This document shows positions 37,592-46,360 of a stretch of 64,000 bases of DNA, piece by piece. The position numbers and the translations under genes are program-made. A model generated the notes under the pieces. That model worked only from the letters and a program-made list of their open reading frames with translations, was not told the origin of the DNA and ran no database searches. Every line of letters starts with the position of its first letter. The stretch's first letter is position 1. Source of the DNA: Alphaproteobacteria bacterium (GTDB taxonomy: Bacteria > Pseudomonadota > Alphaproteobacteria > Bin95); contig OZ219785.1 of the NCBI GenBank assembly GCA_964291285.2, forward strand, positions 416,001-480,000, in the 5' to 3' direction.

Positions 37592-37737
37592 CGCGATGAG
37601 CATACCTGGCACAGACAACCGCCCCTCGTTGCGTACCAGCATAGCGATTCCCAAGTCCTTGCTCCATCTATCCGGTTGCTCATGGGCAGGCCCCCGCCGG
37701 CGCGCGGGACTGGCGGGAGCCGGAACCTTGCGGGCGT

Positions 37738-38511
37738 TCAGGCGGTCCAGATATCCCGGCTCTGAAACACCCGCTTCAGGAGTTCCGCCTCGTCGGTCAT
37801 GATGCCGTCCACGCCGAGGTCGAGAAGGCGGTTCATGTCCGCCTCGTCGTTGATGGTCCATGCATGCACCGGCAGGCCGCGGGCGTGCGCCGCCGCCATG
37901 AATGCGCGGTCGATGACCGGGAGTCCGTAGCGGCGCGGCGGGACCTGCGCGCAATCGGCCGCAAATCCGCCGAGAGGCAGGACATGGCCGGCCAGCCAGA
38001 GACGGGCGGCTTCGGCCGTGCCCATCGACGTGCAGAGCCGGTCGCCGGCCGCGGCCCGGATGCGGCGAAGACGGCGGCCGGACTCCGATCCGACGCAGAC
38101 CCGCTCCCACGCATCGGTGTCCCGGAGCAGGTCGAGCAGGGGCCCGACGGCACTGTCCTGCTTCGGGTCTATGTTGACCCGCAGGCCGTCCCAGGTGGTC
38201 AGCAGGTCCTCGAGGCGCGGAATCGGTTCCCGTCCGCCGACGCGGGCGCGGCGCAGCTCCGGCCAGCTCCTCTCCGAGAGAAGGCCGCGCATGTCCGTGA
38301 GGCGGTCCAGGCGGCTGTCGTGAAACACGACGAGGACATTGTCGGCGGTGGCGTGAACGTCGGTCTCGACGACCCGGTAGCCGAGCTCGACCGCGGCGGC
38401 GAAGGCGGCCATCGTGTTCTCGGGATACCGGGCGGAATAGCCGCGGTGCGCGATCGCGGCCGGCAGGGGATGGCCGGGATGGCGGAGAAACGGATGCAGG
38501 TCGCGCGTCAT
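37738..38511 (-). CDS. Glycerophosphodiester phosphodiesterase
   Basis: IAHRG, PENTMAAF, ETDVH, HD, WTIND and GVDGIMTD. Confidence 0.92.
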   Translation of the reverse strand: MTRDLHPFLRHPGHPLPAAIAHRGYSARYPENTMAAFAAAVELGYRVVETDVHATADNVLVVFHDSRLDRLTDMRGLLSERSWPELRRARVGGREPIPRLEDLLTTWDGLRVNIDPKQDSAVGPLLDLLRDTDAWERVCVGSESGRRLRRIRAAAGDRLCTSMGTAEAARLWLAGHVLPLGGFAADCAQVPPRRYGLPVIDRAFMAAAHARGLPVHAWTINDEADMNRLLDLGVDGIMTDEAELLKRVFQSRDIWTA

Positions 38512-38722
38512 GTCCTCGCCCCCGGATGGCTGAAGCGGCTCCTGCAAGGATAAGGCCCGAACCGGGTCCGGCGGAAATCGCGTAAGCTGGCGCGGACCCT
38601 GGCGCTGCGCCGGAGCCTTTGAGGGAGTGGAAGCCCTCTCGCAATCGAAACTGCAAGCCGTTTGAGCTATAACCGCGTCGACCGTGCCCGTGGCGAGGCC
38701 GGTGGACCGCCGGAGGCTTGAG

Positions 38723-39778
38723 ATGACCTTCCTTACCAGTTTCGAGGCCGTCCGCTATCGTGGCATAGACGGCTTGTCCTTCTCCCGCCTCGCACCGGCA
38801 AATCTCATCACCGGCGAGAACGGTGTCGGGAAGACGGCGGCCCTGGAGGCGATGTGGCTGTTCACCGGGCGGTATAACACCGGACTACTGTGGAACCAGC
38901 ATGTACAGCGCACCGACAAGCCTGTACTGGATCCCGTTGCAAGACTGGCGAAAGGCGCGCTGGAACTTCGGGGCGAGGAAAGAGGATCCTCCCATAGCAT
39001 GAAGGCTGTTTTCCGGAAATTGGCGGATATGGAAAGAACCAAGGAAACGCCAGCTGGACCTAGCCCAGGAAATCCCTTTATGACGCCGCCGGTGATCGCA
39101 CGCATCTATTCCGATTTAGACGGAAATCCCGCGACTCGGGAGACTACGGGGGCAAAGGTAACACCTTGGGGGTCTGTTGTATTCGATAGACAACAAATGC
39201 CACTGGAAAGACCGGACTCTATTATTTTCGGGACTAGATTCCAAGTTCAAACTCTTGACGAATACCTTCAAAGATATTCAGATATGGTTAGGGCGAATCT
39301 GAAGAAGAATTTCACGGAAGCAATCAACCTGATTCTGCCAAAAATCCAAGATGTGGAAATTCTAACGGACGAAATGGGTGGATCCTATCTTTCTGCCCTT
39401 ACGGATGCCGACGTGCAGTTACCGCTCCACGACTTGGGTGGCGGTGTTGAGCGGTTATATCAGTTATATTTGAGCTTTTTCGGCGCCCGCGGTGGCGCGC
39501 TTTATGCGGATGAAGTAGAAAACGGCCTGCATCATTCCGTTCTGGAGAATGTATGGTCCCATTCACGCAAGTGGATGCGGCAGTGGAATGTGCAGTTGGT
39601 GGCGACCACCCACAGTGACGAATGCATCCGGGCGGCGATGGCGGCCTTTGAGGACGCGCCAGACGACTTGGCGATCCACAAGCTCTACAGGAACGCAGAA
39701 ACAGGGAAAATTGAGGTAACAACCTTCAGTGGCGAGGCCCTGGAAGGCGCGCGAGACCTCAATCTGGAGACCCGGTGA
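38723..39778 (+). CDS. ABC-type AAA ATPase (AAA_15/AAA_21-like)
   Basis: GENGVGKT, LGGG signature, DEVENGLH and TTHS. Confidence 0.88.
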   Translation: MTFLTSFEAVRYRGIDGLSFSRLAPANLITGENGVGKTAALEAMWLFTGRYNTGLLWNQHVQRTDKPVLDPVARLAKGALELRGEERGSSHSMKAVFRKLADMERTKETPAGPSPGNPFMTPPVIARIYSDLDGNPATRETTGAKVTPWGSVVFDRQQMPLERPDSIIFGTRFQVQTLDEYLQRYSDMVRANLKKNFTEAINLILPKIQDVEILTDEMGGSYLSALTDADVQLPLHDLGGGVERLYQLYLSFFGARGGALYADEVENGLHHSVLENVWSHSRKWMRQWNVQLVATTHSDECIRAAMAAFEDAPDDLAIHKLYRNAETGKIEVTTFSGEALEGARDLNLETR

Positions 39779-40431
39779 TGGCGGCCGCGGACGGCGGCGT
39801 GCCAAGGCTGGAAATTCGTTCTGACTGCCTGCTTCTGGTCGAAGGCCGGGACGAGGTGAACCTGTTCGAAGCGCTCCTGAAACATTGCTTCGGCGCCGCA
39901 GGGAAGCGGGACATACAGATTATCGACGCGGTAGGAAGGCACAGCTTCCGAAGAAATCTCACGGCAATCGCGGCTGCGGCCTGCGCGCGGCCGACACTCC
40001 GGGCAATCGGCGCGGTTCGGGATGCAGACGACAGCGCCCGGAGCGCATTCCAGAGCGTGTGCGATGCACTTCGCCATGCCGGCTACGAACCGCCTTCGGC
40101 CCATGGAGCGATCTCGGACAGCCACCCGCCGGTAGGCGTGTTCATCCTGCCGGACGGCGCGGGAACCGGCGCTGTCGAGACCCTCTGCCGACGGTCCGTC
40201 GCCGAGGACGAGGCAAGCCGCTGCGTCGAAGCTTTTATCGACTGCCTGAAGAAACAGGAAGCTTTGCAATCCCGGAATGAGGACAAGACCTTCGCCCATG
40301 CCTGGCTCGCCGCTGGGGATGATCCCGTGGCACGGGTGGGCGAAGGCGCGCAGCAGGGCGCGTGGGACTTCGACTCCGGCGCCTTCGCGGACCTGACCGA
40401 TTTCCTCCAGAGGCTCTTCGCCCTCGCCTAA
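39775..40431 (+). CDS. DUF3226-like Toprim-fold protein
   Basis: LLVEGRDE, RDADD, FILPD..G..ETL and WDFD; overlaps the ATPase stop. Confidence 0.8.
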   Translation: MMAAADGGVPRLEIRSDCLLLVEGRDEVNLFEALLKHCFGAAGKRDIQIIDAVGRHSFRRNLTAIAAAACARPTLRAIGAVRDADDSARSAFQSVCDALRHAGYEPPSAHGAISDSHPPVGVFILPDGAGTGAVETLCRRSVAEDEASRCVEAFIDCLKKQEALQSRNEDKTFAHAWLAAGDDPVARVGEGAQQGAWDFDSGAFADLTDFLQRLFALA

Positions 40432-41519
40432 CCCGGCCGGTGCGCCGCGAGCGCCTCCCAGTCGAACGTGATGCCGTGGCCGGGGCGGTCGGGGGCGCGG
40501 GCGTAGCCGTCCTCGACGGTCAGCGGGTCCGCCATGAACTTGTCGAGGCCGAAGGCGTGCCATTCCAGATAGGCCGCGTTCGGGGCCGCCGCCAGCAGGT
40601 GGATGTGCAGGTCGTGCGCGCCGTGGCTCATCACCGGCAGGCCGTGCGCCTCGGCGAGGTGCGCCACCTTCATGAAGGGCGTGATGCCGCCGCAGGTGGT
40701 GAGGTCGGGCTCCGGGAAATCGACCCCGCCGGCCCCGATCAGCGCCGCGAACTCCGCGAGCGTGTGGTGGTTCTCGCCCGCCGCCAGCGGCACCTTTCCG
40801 AGCGAGCGCAGATGCGCGTAGCCGGCCGTGTTGTCGGGCGCAATCGGCTCCTCCAGCCAAACCAGGTCGAAGGGCTGCAGCAGGGTCATGGCGCGCATCG
40901 CCTGCTCGACCCGCCAGGCTTCGTTGGCGTCCGCCATCAACTCGATCTCGTCCGGCAGATGGTTGCGCATCGCCTCGACGCGGGCGATGTCCTCCCGCAG
41001 GGTCGGGCGGCCGAGCCGCATCTTGACCGACCGGAAGCCCGCCTCGACGCTCGCCATGCCGCCTTCCAGCAGGCGGTCCACCGGGAAGTTCAGGTCGATA
41101 TTGCCGGCATAGGCCCGGACCGAGGGATTGGCCCCGCCGAGCAGCCGCCAGAGCGGCGCGCCCAGCCTGTTGCCCTTCAGGTCCCAGAGCGCGACATCGA
41201 CGGCCGCCATCGCGAAGCCGGTGGCCCCGCCCCGCCCGGCATAGTGGTGGCGCTTGTAGATGTCCCGCCAGATCGTCTCGATCAGGTCCGGGTCCCGGCC
41301 CTCGATGCCGGCGCGGAAGGAGCCGTCGCACATCGCCGCGATCGGGCCGCCCTGTCCCGCATGCATCACGGTATAGCCGACGCCCGCCGCGCCGTCGCTG
41401 TCGGTGATCCGCGCCGTCACCATGTCGAAGGCGGTCATCACGCCCGCGGCCGAAGCCTCCATCGCCACCGGCAGCGGCAGGCGGAACAGGTCGATTTCCA
41501 GCTTGTCGATTGTCGCCAC
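40428..41519 (-). CDS. Mandelate racemase/muconate lactonizing enzyme family protein
   Basis: DVALWDLKG, KMRLG, MADANE, WLEEP and AAGEN. Confidence 0.9.
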   Translation of the reverse strand: MATIDKLEIDLFRLPLPVAMEASAAGVMTAFDMVTARITDSDGAAGVGYTVMHAGQGGPIAAMCDGSFRAGIEGRDPDLIETIWRDIYKRHHYAGRGGATGFAMAAVDVALWDLKGNRLGAPLWRLLGGANPSVRAYAGNIDLNFPVDRLLEGGMASVEAGFRSVKMRLGRPTLREDIARVEAMRNHLPDEIELMADANEAWRVEQAMRAMTLLQPFDLVWLEEPIAPDNTAGYAHLRSLGKVPLAAGENHHTLAEFAALIGAGGVDFPEPDLTTCGGITPFMKVAHLAEAHGLPVMSHGAHDLHIHLLAAAPNAAYLEWHAFGLDKFMADPLTVEDGYARAPDRPGHGITFDWEALAAHRPG

Positions 41520-41618
41520 GGTCCCGGTTCCCCCTCTTGCGCGTCCGGCGGTCCTGTTGGCGGGATAATTCACCATGCGCTATAGGGTGGCAACCGGAGG
41601 CCAAGCGGAGCGCGCCCC

Positions 41619-42698
41619 ATGCCCTACGACGCCGAACGCCTGCACGAGGTTCCCGACGACCCGCTCGCCGCCATCGACTATTGCTACGAGCAGGGCTGGA
41701 CGGACGGCCTGCCCGTGGTGCCGCCGGCGACCGGGCGCGTGGAAGAGATGCTCGGCTATGAGGGCCGCCCGCCCGAGACGCCCATCGCCCGCCACCCCGC
41801 GACCGGCCTCGAATGCACGGTCCACGCCGCGGCGGTGAACGCCGTCATGGCCGGCTGCCGGCCCGAATATTTCCCGGTGCTGGTCGCGGCCTTCGAGGCT
41901 ATGGACGAGCCCGGCTTCAACTTCCACGGCTCGACCGCCTCCACCGGCGGCTCGGCCCCGCTGCTGGTGGTCAGCGGCCCGGTCACCGACGACATCGCCA
42001 TGAACTCGGACGTGAACCTGTTCGGCCCCGGCAACCGCGCCAACGCCACCATCGGCCGCGCCGTGCGCCTCATCCTGATGAACGTCTTCCGGATGGTCCC
42101 CGGCATTTCCGACAAATCGACCCAGGGCCATCCCGGCAAATACGCCTTCTGCATCGCGGAGCGCAGCCGCGGCAATCCCTGGCCGCTGCTCTGCGAGGAG
42201 CAGGGCTATCCCGAGGGGGTCAGCAGCGTCACCGTGTTCGCCGGCGGCGGCTTCTGCAATATCGAGAACCATGGCGGCAACACGCCGGAGCAGATCCTCG
42301 GCACCTTCGCCGACGCGATGGCGAATTACGGCTGCATCACGCTCGGCCAGTCCGTGGTGGTGATGGCGCCGGAGCATATGCGCATCCTCGCCGGCGCCGG
42401 CTGGACGCGGAGACAGGCGCGGGAATACCTGTTCGCCCATGCGCGGCGCAGCGTCGAGGGCATGAAATCCGTCGGCAAGCACCGCGACGTCGAATACGGC
42501 AAGCAGCACGGCGAGGAGGGCGCGCACCCGCTGGCGGGAGACGGCCACTTCCACCGCGGCCTCGGCCCGGACGACATCCTGATCGTCATGGGCGGCGGCG
42601 ACGCCGGCGGCCACTCCAGCTTCATCCCCTCCTGGAGCCGCGGCCGCGGCTCCCTCATGCAGTCGAAACCCATCGGCGTGTGCATCGACTGCGAGTAG
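41619..42698 (+). CDS. UGSC-associated conserved protein
   Basis: GWTDGLPVVPP, AVNAVMAGC and NRANATIGRA; directly upstream of the UGSC gene. Confidence 0.78.
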   Translation: MPYDAERLHEVPDDPLAAIDYCYEQGWTDGLPVVPPATGRVEEMLGYEGRPPETPIARHPATGLECTVHAAAVNAVMAGCRPEYFPVLVAAFEAMDEPGFNFHGSTASTGGSAPLLVVSGPVTDDIAMNSDVNLFGPGNRANATIGRAVRLILMNVFRMVPGISDKSTQGHPGKYAFCIAERSRGNPWPLLCEEQGYPEGVSSVTVFAGGGFCNIENHGGNTPEQILGTFADAMANYGCITLGQSVVVMAPEHMRILAGAGWTRRQAREYLFAHARRSVEGMKSVGKHRDVEYGKQHGEEGAHPLAGDGHFHRGLGPDDILIVMGGGDAGGHSSFIPSWSRGRGSLMQSKPIGVCIDCE

Positions 42699-42731
42699 AC
42701 TGAAACCGACAACGGACGGGAGACGACAGGC

Positions 42732-43253
42732 ATGCTTCTTTGCGACCCCACGGTTCCGGGGCCGGAGCGGAACCTGAGCCGGGCGGCGGCGCTGGCCGGG
42801 CTGGAGGGCCGGACCATCGGCCTGCTGGAGAACGGCAAGCTCAACGCCACCGCCATGCTGCGGGAGACCGCCGCGCTCTTCGAGGAACGGCACGGCTGCA
42901 CGGTCGTTCCGGTCTGGTCCAAGTGGAACGCGAGCGCGCCCGCGCCCGAAGAGGTGCTGCAGGACGCGGCCGGGAAGGTCGATTTCCTGATAACGGGACT
43001 GGGCGACTGAGGCTCCTGTTCGACGTGCAGTTTGCATGACGGCATCAGCTTCGAGCAGCTCGGCAAGCGCGCGGCGGTCATCTGCACCGAACCCTTCGAG
43101 GTAACGGCGCGGAACATCGCCCGGACGCTCGGCCTCCCGGACTATCCCTTCATCATGGTCGAGCACCCGATCGGCAGCCGCCGGCCGGACGAGATCAGGG
43201 TCCTGGCCGAAGCGGCCTACCGGCAGGCGCTGCCGATCCTGACTGCGGCGTGA
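42732..43253 (+). CDS. UGSC-family selenoprotein (in-frame UGA at 43008-43010)
   Basis: ...GLGD-UGA-GSCSTCSLHD... continues in frame into the 43032 ORF. Confidence 0.85.
43020..43042 (+). promoter_or_regulatory. Candidate bacterial SECIS hairpin
   Basis: UCG-A-CGUGCA-GUU-UGCAUG-A-CGG stem-loop with a G-first apical loop about 20 nt after the UGA. Confidence 0.6.
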
Positions 43254-43260
43254 CTGGGGC

Positions 43261-44907
43261 GTGACCGCCATCGTCTATCCTGCGGCCCGGATCGTCACCA
43301 TGAACCCGGCCCGGCCGCACGCCACCCATGTGGCGGTGCGGGAGGGCCGCATCCTCGGCGCCGGGACGCTGGAGGAGCTGGCCGGCTGGGGCGAGTACCG
43401 CCTCGACGGGCGCTTCGCGGACAAGGTGCTGATGCCGGGCCTCGTGGAAGGCCACAGCCATGTCATGGAAGGCTCGCTCTGGGCCTATGTCTATTGCGGC
43501 TTCTTCGACCGCATGGACCCCGAAGGCAGGGTCTGGGCGGGCCTGAAGTCCATCGACGAGGTGGTGGAGCGGCTCGCCGAAGCGGCGGGCGCGCTGGAGG
43601 ACCCGGCGGCGCCGCTCGCCGGCTGGTCGCTCGACGCGATCTACTATGGCGGCCGGCGCATCGACCGCCACGACCTCGACAGGGTCTCGACCGAACGCGC
43701 GGTCGGCGTGCTGAACGCCTCCGGCCATATCCTGAACGTCAACACGAAGGCGCTGGAGCTCGCCGGCCTGCTGCGCACCGGCGTCAACCATCCCGGCGTC
43801 CCGCTCGGCGCGGACGGCCTGCCGACCGGCGAGATGAAGGGGCCCGACGCCATGGCCCCGCTCGGCGTCCACACCGGCTTCGACCGCGACCTGCTGGCCT
43901 GCGACGAACCGGGCCTGCGCCGCTTTGCCAAGCTCTGCGTGCGCACCGGCGTCACCACGGCCGCAGACCTCGCCAACCTGCTGCCGGAAGAGGCCGTGGA
44001 AATGATGCTCAGGGTGACAAGCGAGCCGGACTACCCGGCGCGCATCGTCTCGCTGCGGCGCTTCTACGGCCTGACGCCCGAAGAGCTGATCGACCGGGCG
44101 CTCGAGCTCAGGGGCCGCAGCCGGGACAGGCTCCGCCTCGGCATCATCAAGGTGGTGGCGGACGGCTCGATCCAGGGCTTCTCCGCCCGGCTGCGCTGGC
44201 CCGGCTATTACAACGGCGCGCCGGAGGGGCTCTGGTACGTGCCGCCGGAGCACCTGCTGGAGATCTACGAACGCGCGCTCGCCGCCGGCCTCCAGGTGCA
44301 CACGCACACCAATGGCGACGAGGCGACGGAGCTGGCGCTCGACTGCATGGAATCCGCGCTCCGCAAGCATCCCGCGCCCGACCACCGCTTCACCCTCCAG
44401 CACTGCCAGCTTGCCGACGCCGCGCAGTTCCGCCGCATCCGCGCGCTCGGCCTCTGCGTCAACCTGTTCCCCAACCACCATTTTTACTGGGGCGACCAGC
44501 ACTACGCCGTGACCGTGGGCCCCGAGCGCGCCGAGCGCATGAACGCCTGCGCGACCGCGCTCCGCGAGGGCGTGCCGCTCGCCATCCACTCCGATGCGCC
44601 GGTGACGCCGCTCGGGCCGCTCTTCACCGCATGGTGCGCCGTCAACCGCCGGACCGCGTCGGGGCGCACCCTCGGCGGGCATGAGCGGATCGGCGTCGCC
44701 GACGCGCTCCGCACGATCACGCTCGGCGCCGCCTGGACGCTCGGCCTCGACGGCGAGGTCGGCTCCATCGAGACCGGCAAGCGCGCCGATTTCGCCGTGC
44801 TGGAGGACGACCCGGAGACCGTCGGCGGAGAGCGGCTGAAGGATGTCCGCGTCTGGGGCACGGTGCAGGGCGGCCGCATCTTCCGGGCCGCGGACCTCCA
44901 GCCATGA
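43261..44907 (+). CDS. Amidohydrolase 3 family (YtcJ-like)
   Basis: PGLVEGHSH, KVVADGS, HTNGD, HSDAP and GSIETGKRADF. Confidence 0.9.
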   Translation: MTAIVYPAARIVTMNPARPHATHVAVREGRILGAGTLEELAGWGEYRLDGRFADKVLMPGLVEGHSHVMEGSLWAYVYCGFFDRMDPEGRVWAGLKSIDEVVERLAEAAGALEDPAAPLAGWSLDAIYYGGRRIDRHDLDRVSTERAVGVLNASGHILNVNTKALELAGLLRTGVNHPGVPLGADGLPTGEMKGPDAMAPLGVHTGFDRDLLACDEPGLRRFAKLCVRTGVTTAADLANLLPEEAVEMMLRVTSEPDYPARIVSLRRFYGLTPEELIDRALELRGRSRDRLRLGIIKVVADGSIQGFSARLRWPGYYNGAPEGLWYVPPEHLLEIYERALAAGLQVHTHTNGDEATELALDCMESALRKHPAPDHRFTLQHCQLADAAQFRRIRALGLCVNLFPNHHFYWGDQHYAVTVGPERAERMNACATALREGVPLAIHSDAPVTPLGPLFTAWCAVNRRTASGRTLGGHERIGVADALRTITLGAAWTLGLDGEVGSIETGKRADFAVLEDDPETVGGERLKDVRVWGTVQGGRIFRAADLQP

Positions 44908-45881
44908 CGCCCGCCGCCCCGCTGCCCGTCACCGTGGTCGGCGGCTATCTGGGCGCCGGCAAGACGACGCTGGTCAACAGCCTGCTCCGGCAGGCGAACG
45001 GCCGGCGGCTCGCAATCATGGTGAACGAATTCGGCGCGCTTCCCATAGACGCGAGCCTCGTCGAGGCTGCGGACGAGAGGATCGTCAGCCTTGTCGGCGG
45101 CTGCGTCTGTTGCAGCTACGGGGAGGACCTCGTGTCCTCGCTCACCATGCTGGAGGCGCTGGAGCCGAGGCCCGACCATGTGCTGCTGGAGGCGAGCGGC
45201 GTCGCCTTCCCCGGCGCCATCGCCGGCACGGTCGGCCTGCTGCAGGGCTTCGCGCTCGACGGGGCGGTGGTGCTGGCCGACGCCGAGACCGTGCGCGAGC
45301 GCGCCGGTGACCGCTATCTCGGCAGCACCGTCCGCCGGCAGCTTGCCGAAGCCGACCTCATCCTGCTCAACAAGTGCGACCTCGCGGGCGATGCGGACGA
45401 AGTGGAAGCCTGGCTCGGCGGGACCGCGCCCGAGGCCCGGCTTCTGCGCACGGTGCGCTCCGAGGCCCCCATCGACATCGTGCTCGGCGCCTGGACCGGC
45501 CGCGCGCCCCTGCCGGCCGCCGGCGGGCCGTTCGACCACACGCACGGCTACGCAACCGCCGCGCTCGACCCGCCCGAGGGCGCCGAACCGGAGGCGCTCG
45601 CCCGCACCCTCGCCGACCCCGCCCACGCCCTGTTGCGCGCCAAGGGCTTCATACGCCGGCCCGGCGGCGGCATGGCCGCCATCCAGACCGTCGGCAGCCG
45701 CTGGGCCGTCTCCGACGCACCCGCAGACGCCCCCGCCGGCCTCGTCTGCATCGGCCTCGAAGAACAGACGGACTTCGCCGCCCTCCGGCGGGCGTTTGGC
45801 CTGGCTGCCCCTGATGCCGACGGCCGCCGGTCCGGGGCTTTGCGGACGAGCCCGGTTCAGCCCGGCCGGACCGGCTTCTGA
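44904..45881 (+). CDS. CobW/COG0523 metallochaperone GTPase
   Basis: GYLGAGKTT, VNEFG, GCVCC, EASG, NKCD and RAKG. Confidence 0.9.
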   Translation: MTPAAPLPVTVVGGYLGAGKTTLVNSLLRQANGRRLAIMVNEFGALPIDASLVEAADERIVSLVGGCVCCSYGEDLVSSLTMLEALEPRPDHVLLEASGVAFPGAIAGTVGLLQGFALDGAVVLADAETVRERAGDRYLGSTVRRQLAEADLILLNKCDLAGDADEVEAWLGGTAPEARLLRTVRSEAPIDIVLGAWTGRAPLPAAGGPFDHTHGYATAALDPPEGAEPEALARTLADPAHALLRAKGFIRRPGGGMAAIQTVGSRWAVSDAPADAPAGLVCIGLEEQTDFAALRRAFGLAAPDADGRRSGALRTSPVQPGRTGF

Positions 45882-46333
45882 TTTTCCGCCGGAACGGCTG
45901 CGCGGGCTCGTTCAGCGACCGGGGTAAACGCGGCGGGTGTTCTGCGCTGCGCATCGGACGGGTTGTTTCGCGCCGTATCGAGAGCCAGTTCCAGAAGACT
46001 GCGCAGCATCGCAAGGCGGGTTTCACCGGCATTTTCGCCGCAGGGCCGGTCTTCGAACAACTCGTCATGCGCGCGCACGGCCCGGACCGCCTTCGGAAAA
46101 AATACGAGCCCGGCCTCGGTTAACTGCGTGCGCCCGACCTGGCGGGGCTCGCGCGGCCAGGATGTTTCGAGCAATTTCCGCCCGACGGATTTTTCCACTG
46201 CGAGGACATGCTGAGTCACGCTCTGGCGCGGAATTCCCAAGCGCCGGACGGCTCTTGCGCTGCTTCTTTCCTCCACCATCGCCAGGAAAGAACAAAGATG
46301 TTTCATATTAATGTTCGGATTTATATATGACAT
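45857..46333 (-). CDS. Small LysR-type HTH protein lacking an effector domain (alternative start 46306)
   Basis: MKHLCSFLAMVEERSSARAVRRLGIPRQSVTQHVLAVEKSVGRKLLE...LTEAG matches the LysR HTH; only ~150 aa. Confidence 0.72.
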   Translation of the reverse strand: MSYINPNINMKHLCSFLAMVEERSSARAVRRLGIPRQSVTQHVLAVEKSVGRKLLETSWPREPRQVGRTQLTEAGLVFFPKAVRAVRAHDELFEDRPCGENAGETRLAMLRSLLELALDTARNNPSDAQRRTPAAFTPVAERARAAVPAENQKPVRPG

Positions 46334-46360
46334 AATCGCAGAATTGGCATTATGAGAAAT
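46333..46360 (+). other. dif-like Xer recombination site (left)
   Basis: TAATCGCAGAA-TTGGCA-TTATGAGAAAT versus E. coli dif GGTGCGCATAA-TGTATA-TTATGTTAAAT (XerD arm 9/11); contains the porin ATG. Confidence 0.75.

Noticed and set aside
42732-43253. Two small separate genes or a nonsense pseudogene
   Set aside because: Same frame, a UGA in a U-G-S-C motif and a SECIS-like hairpin favour Sec readthrough.
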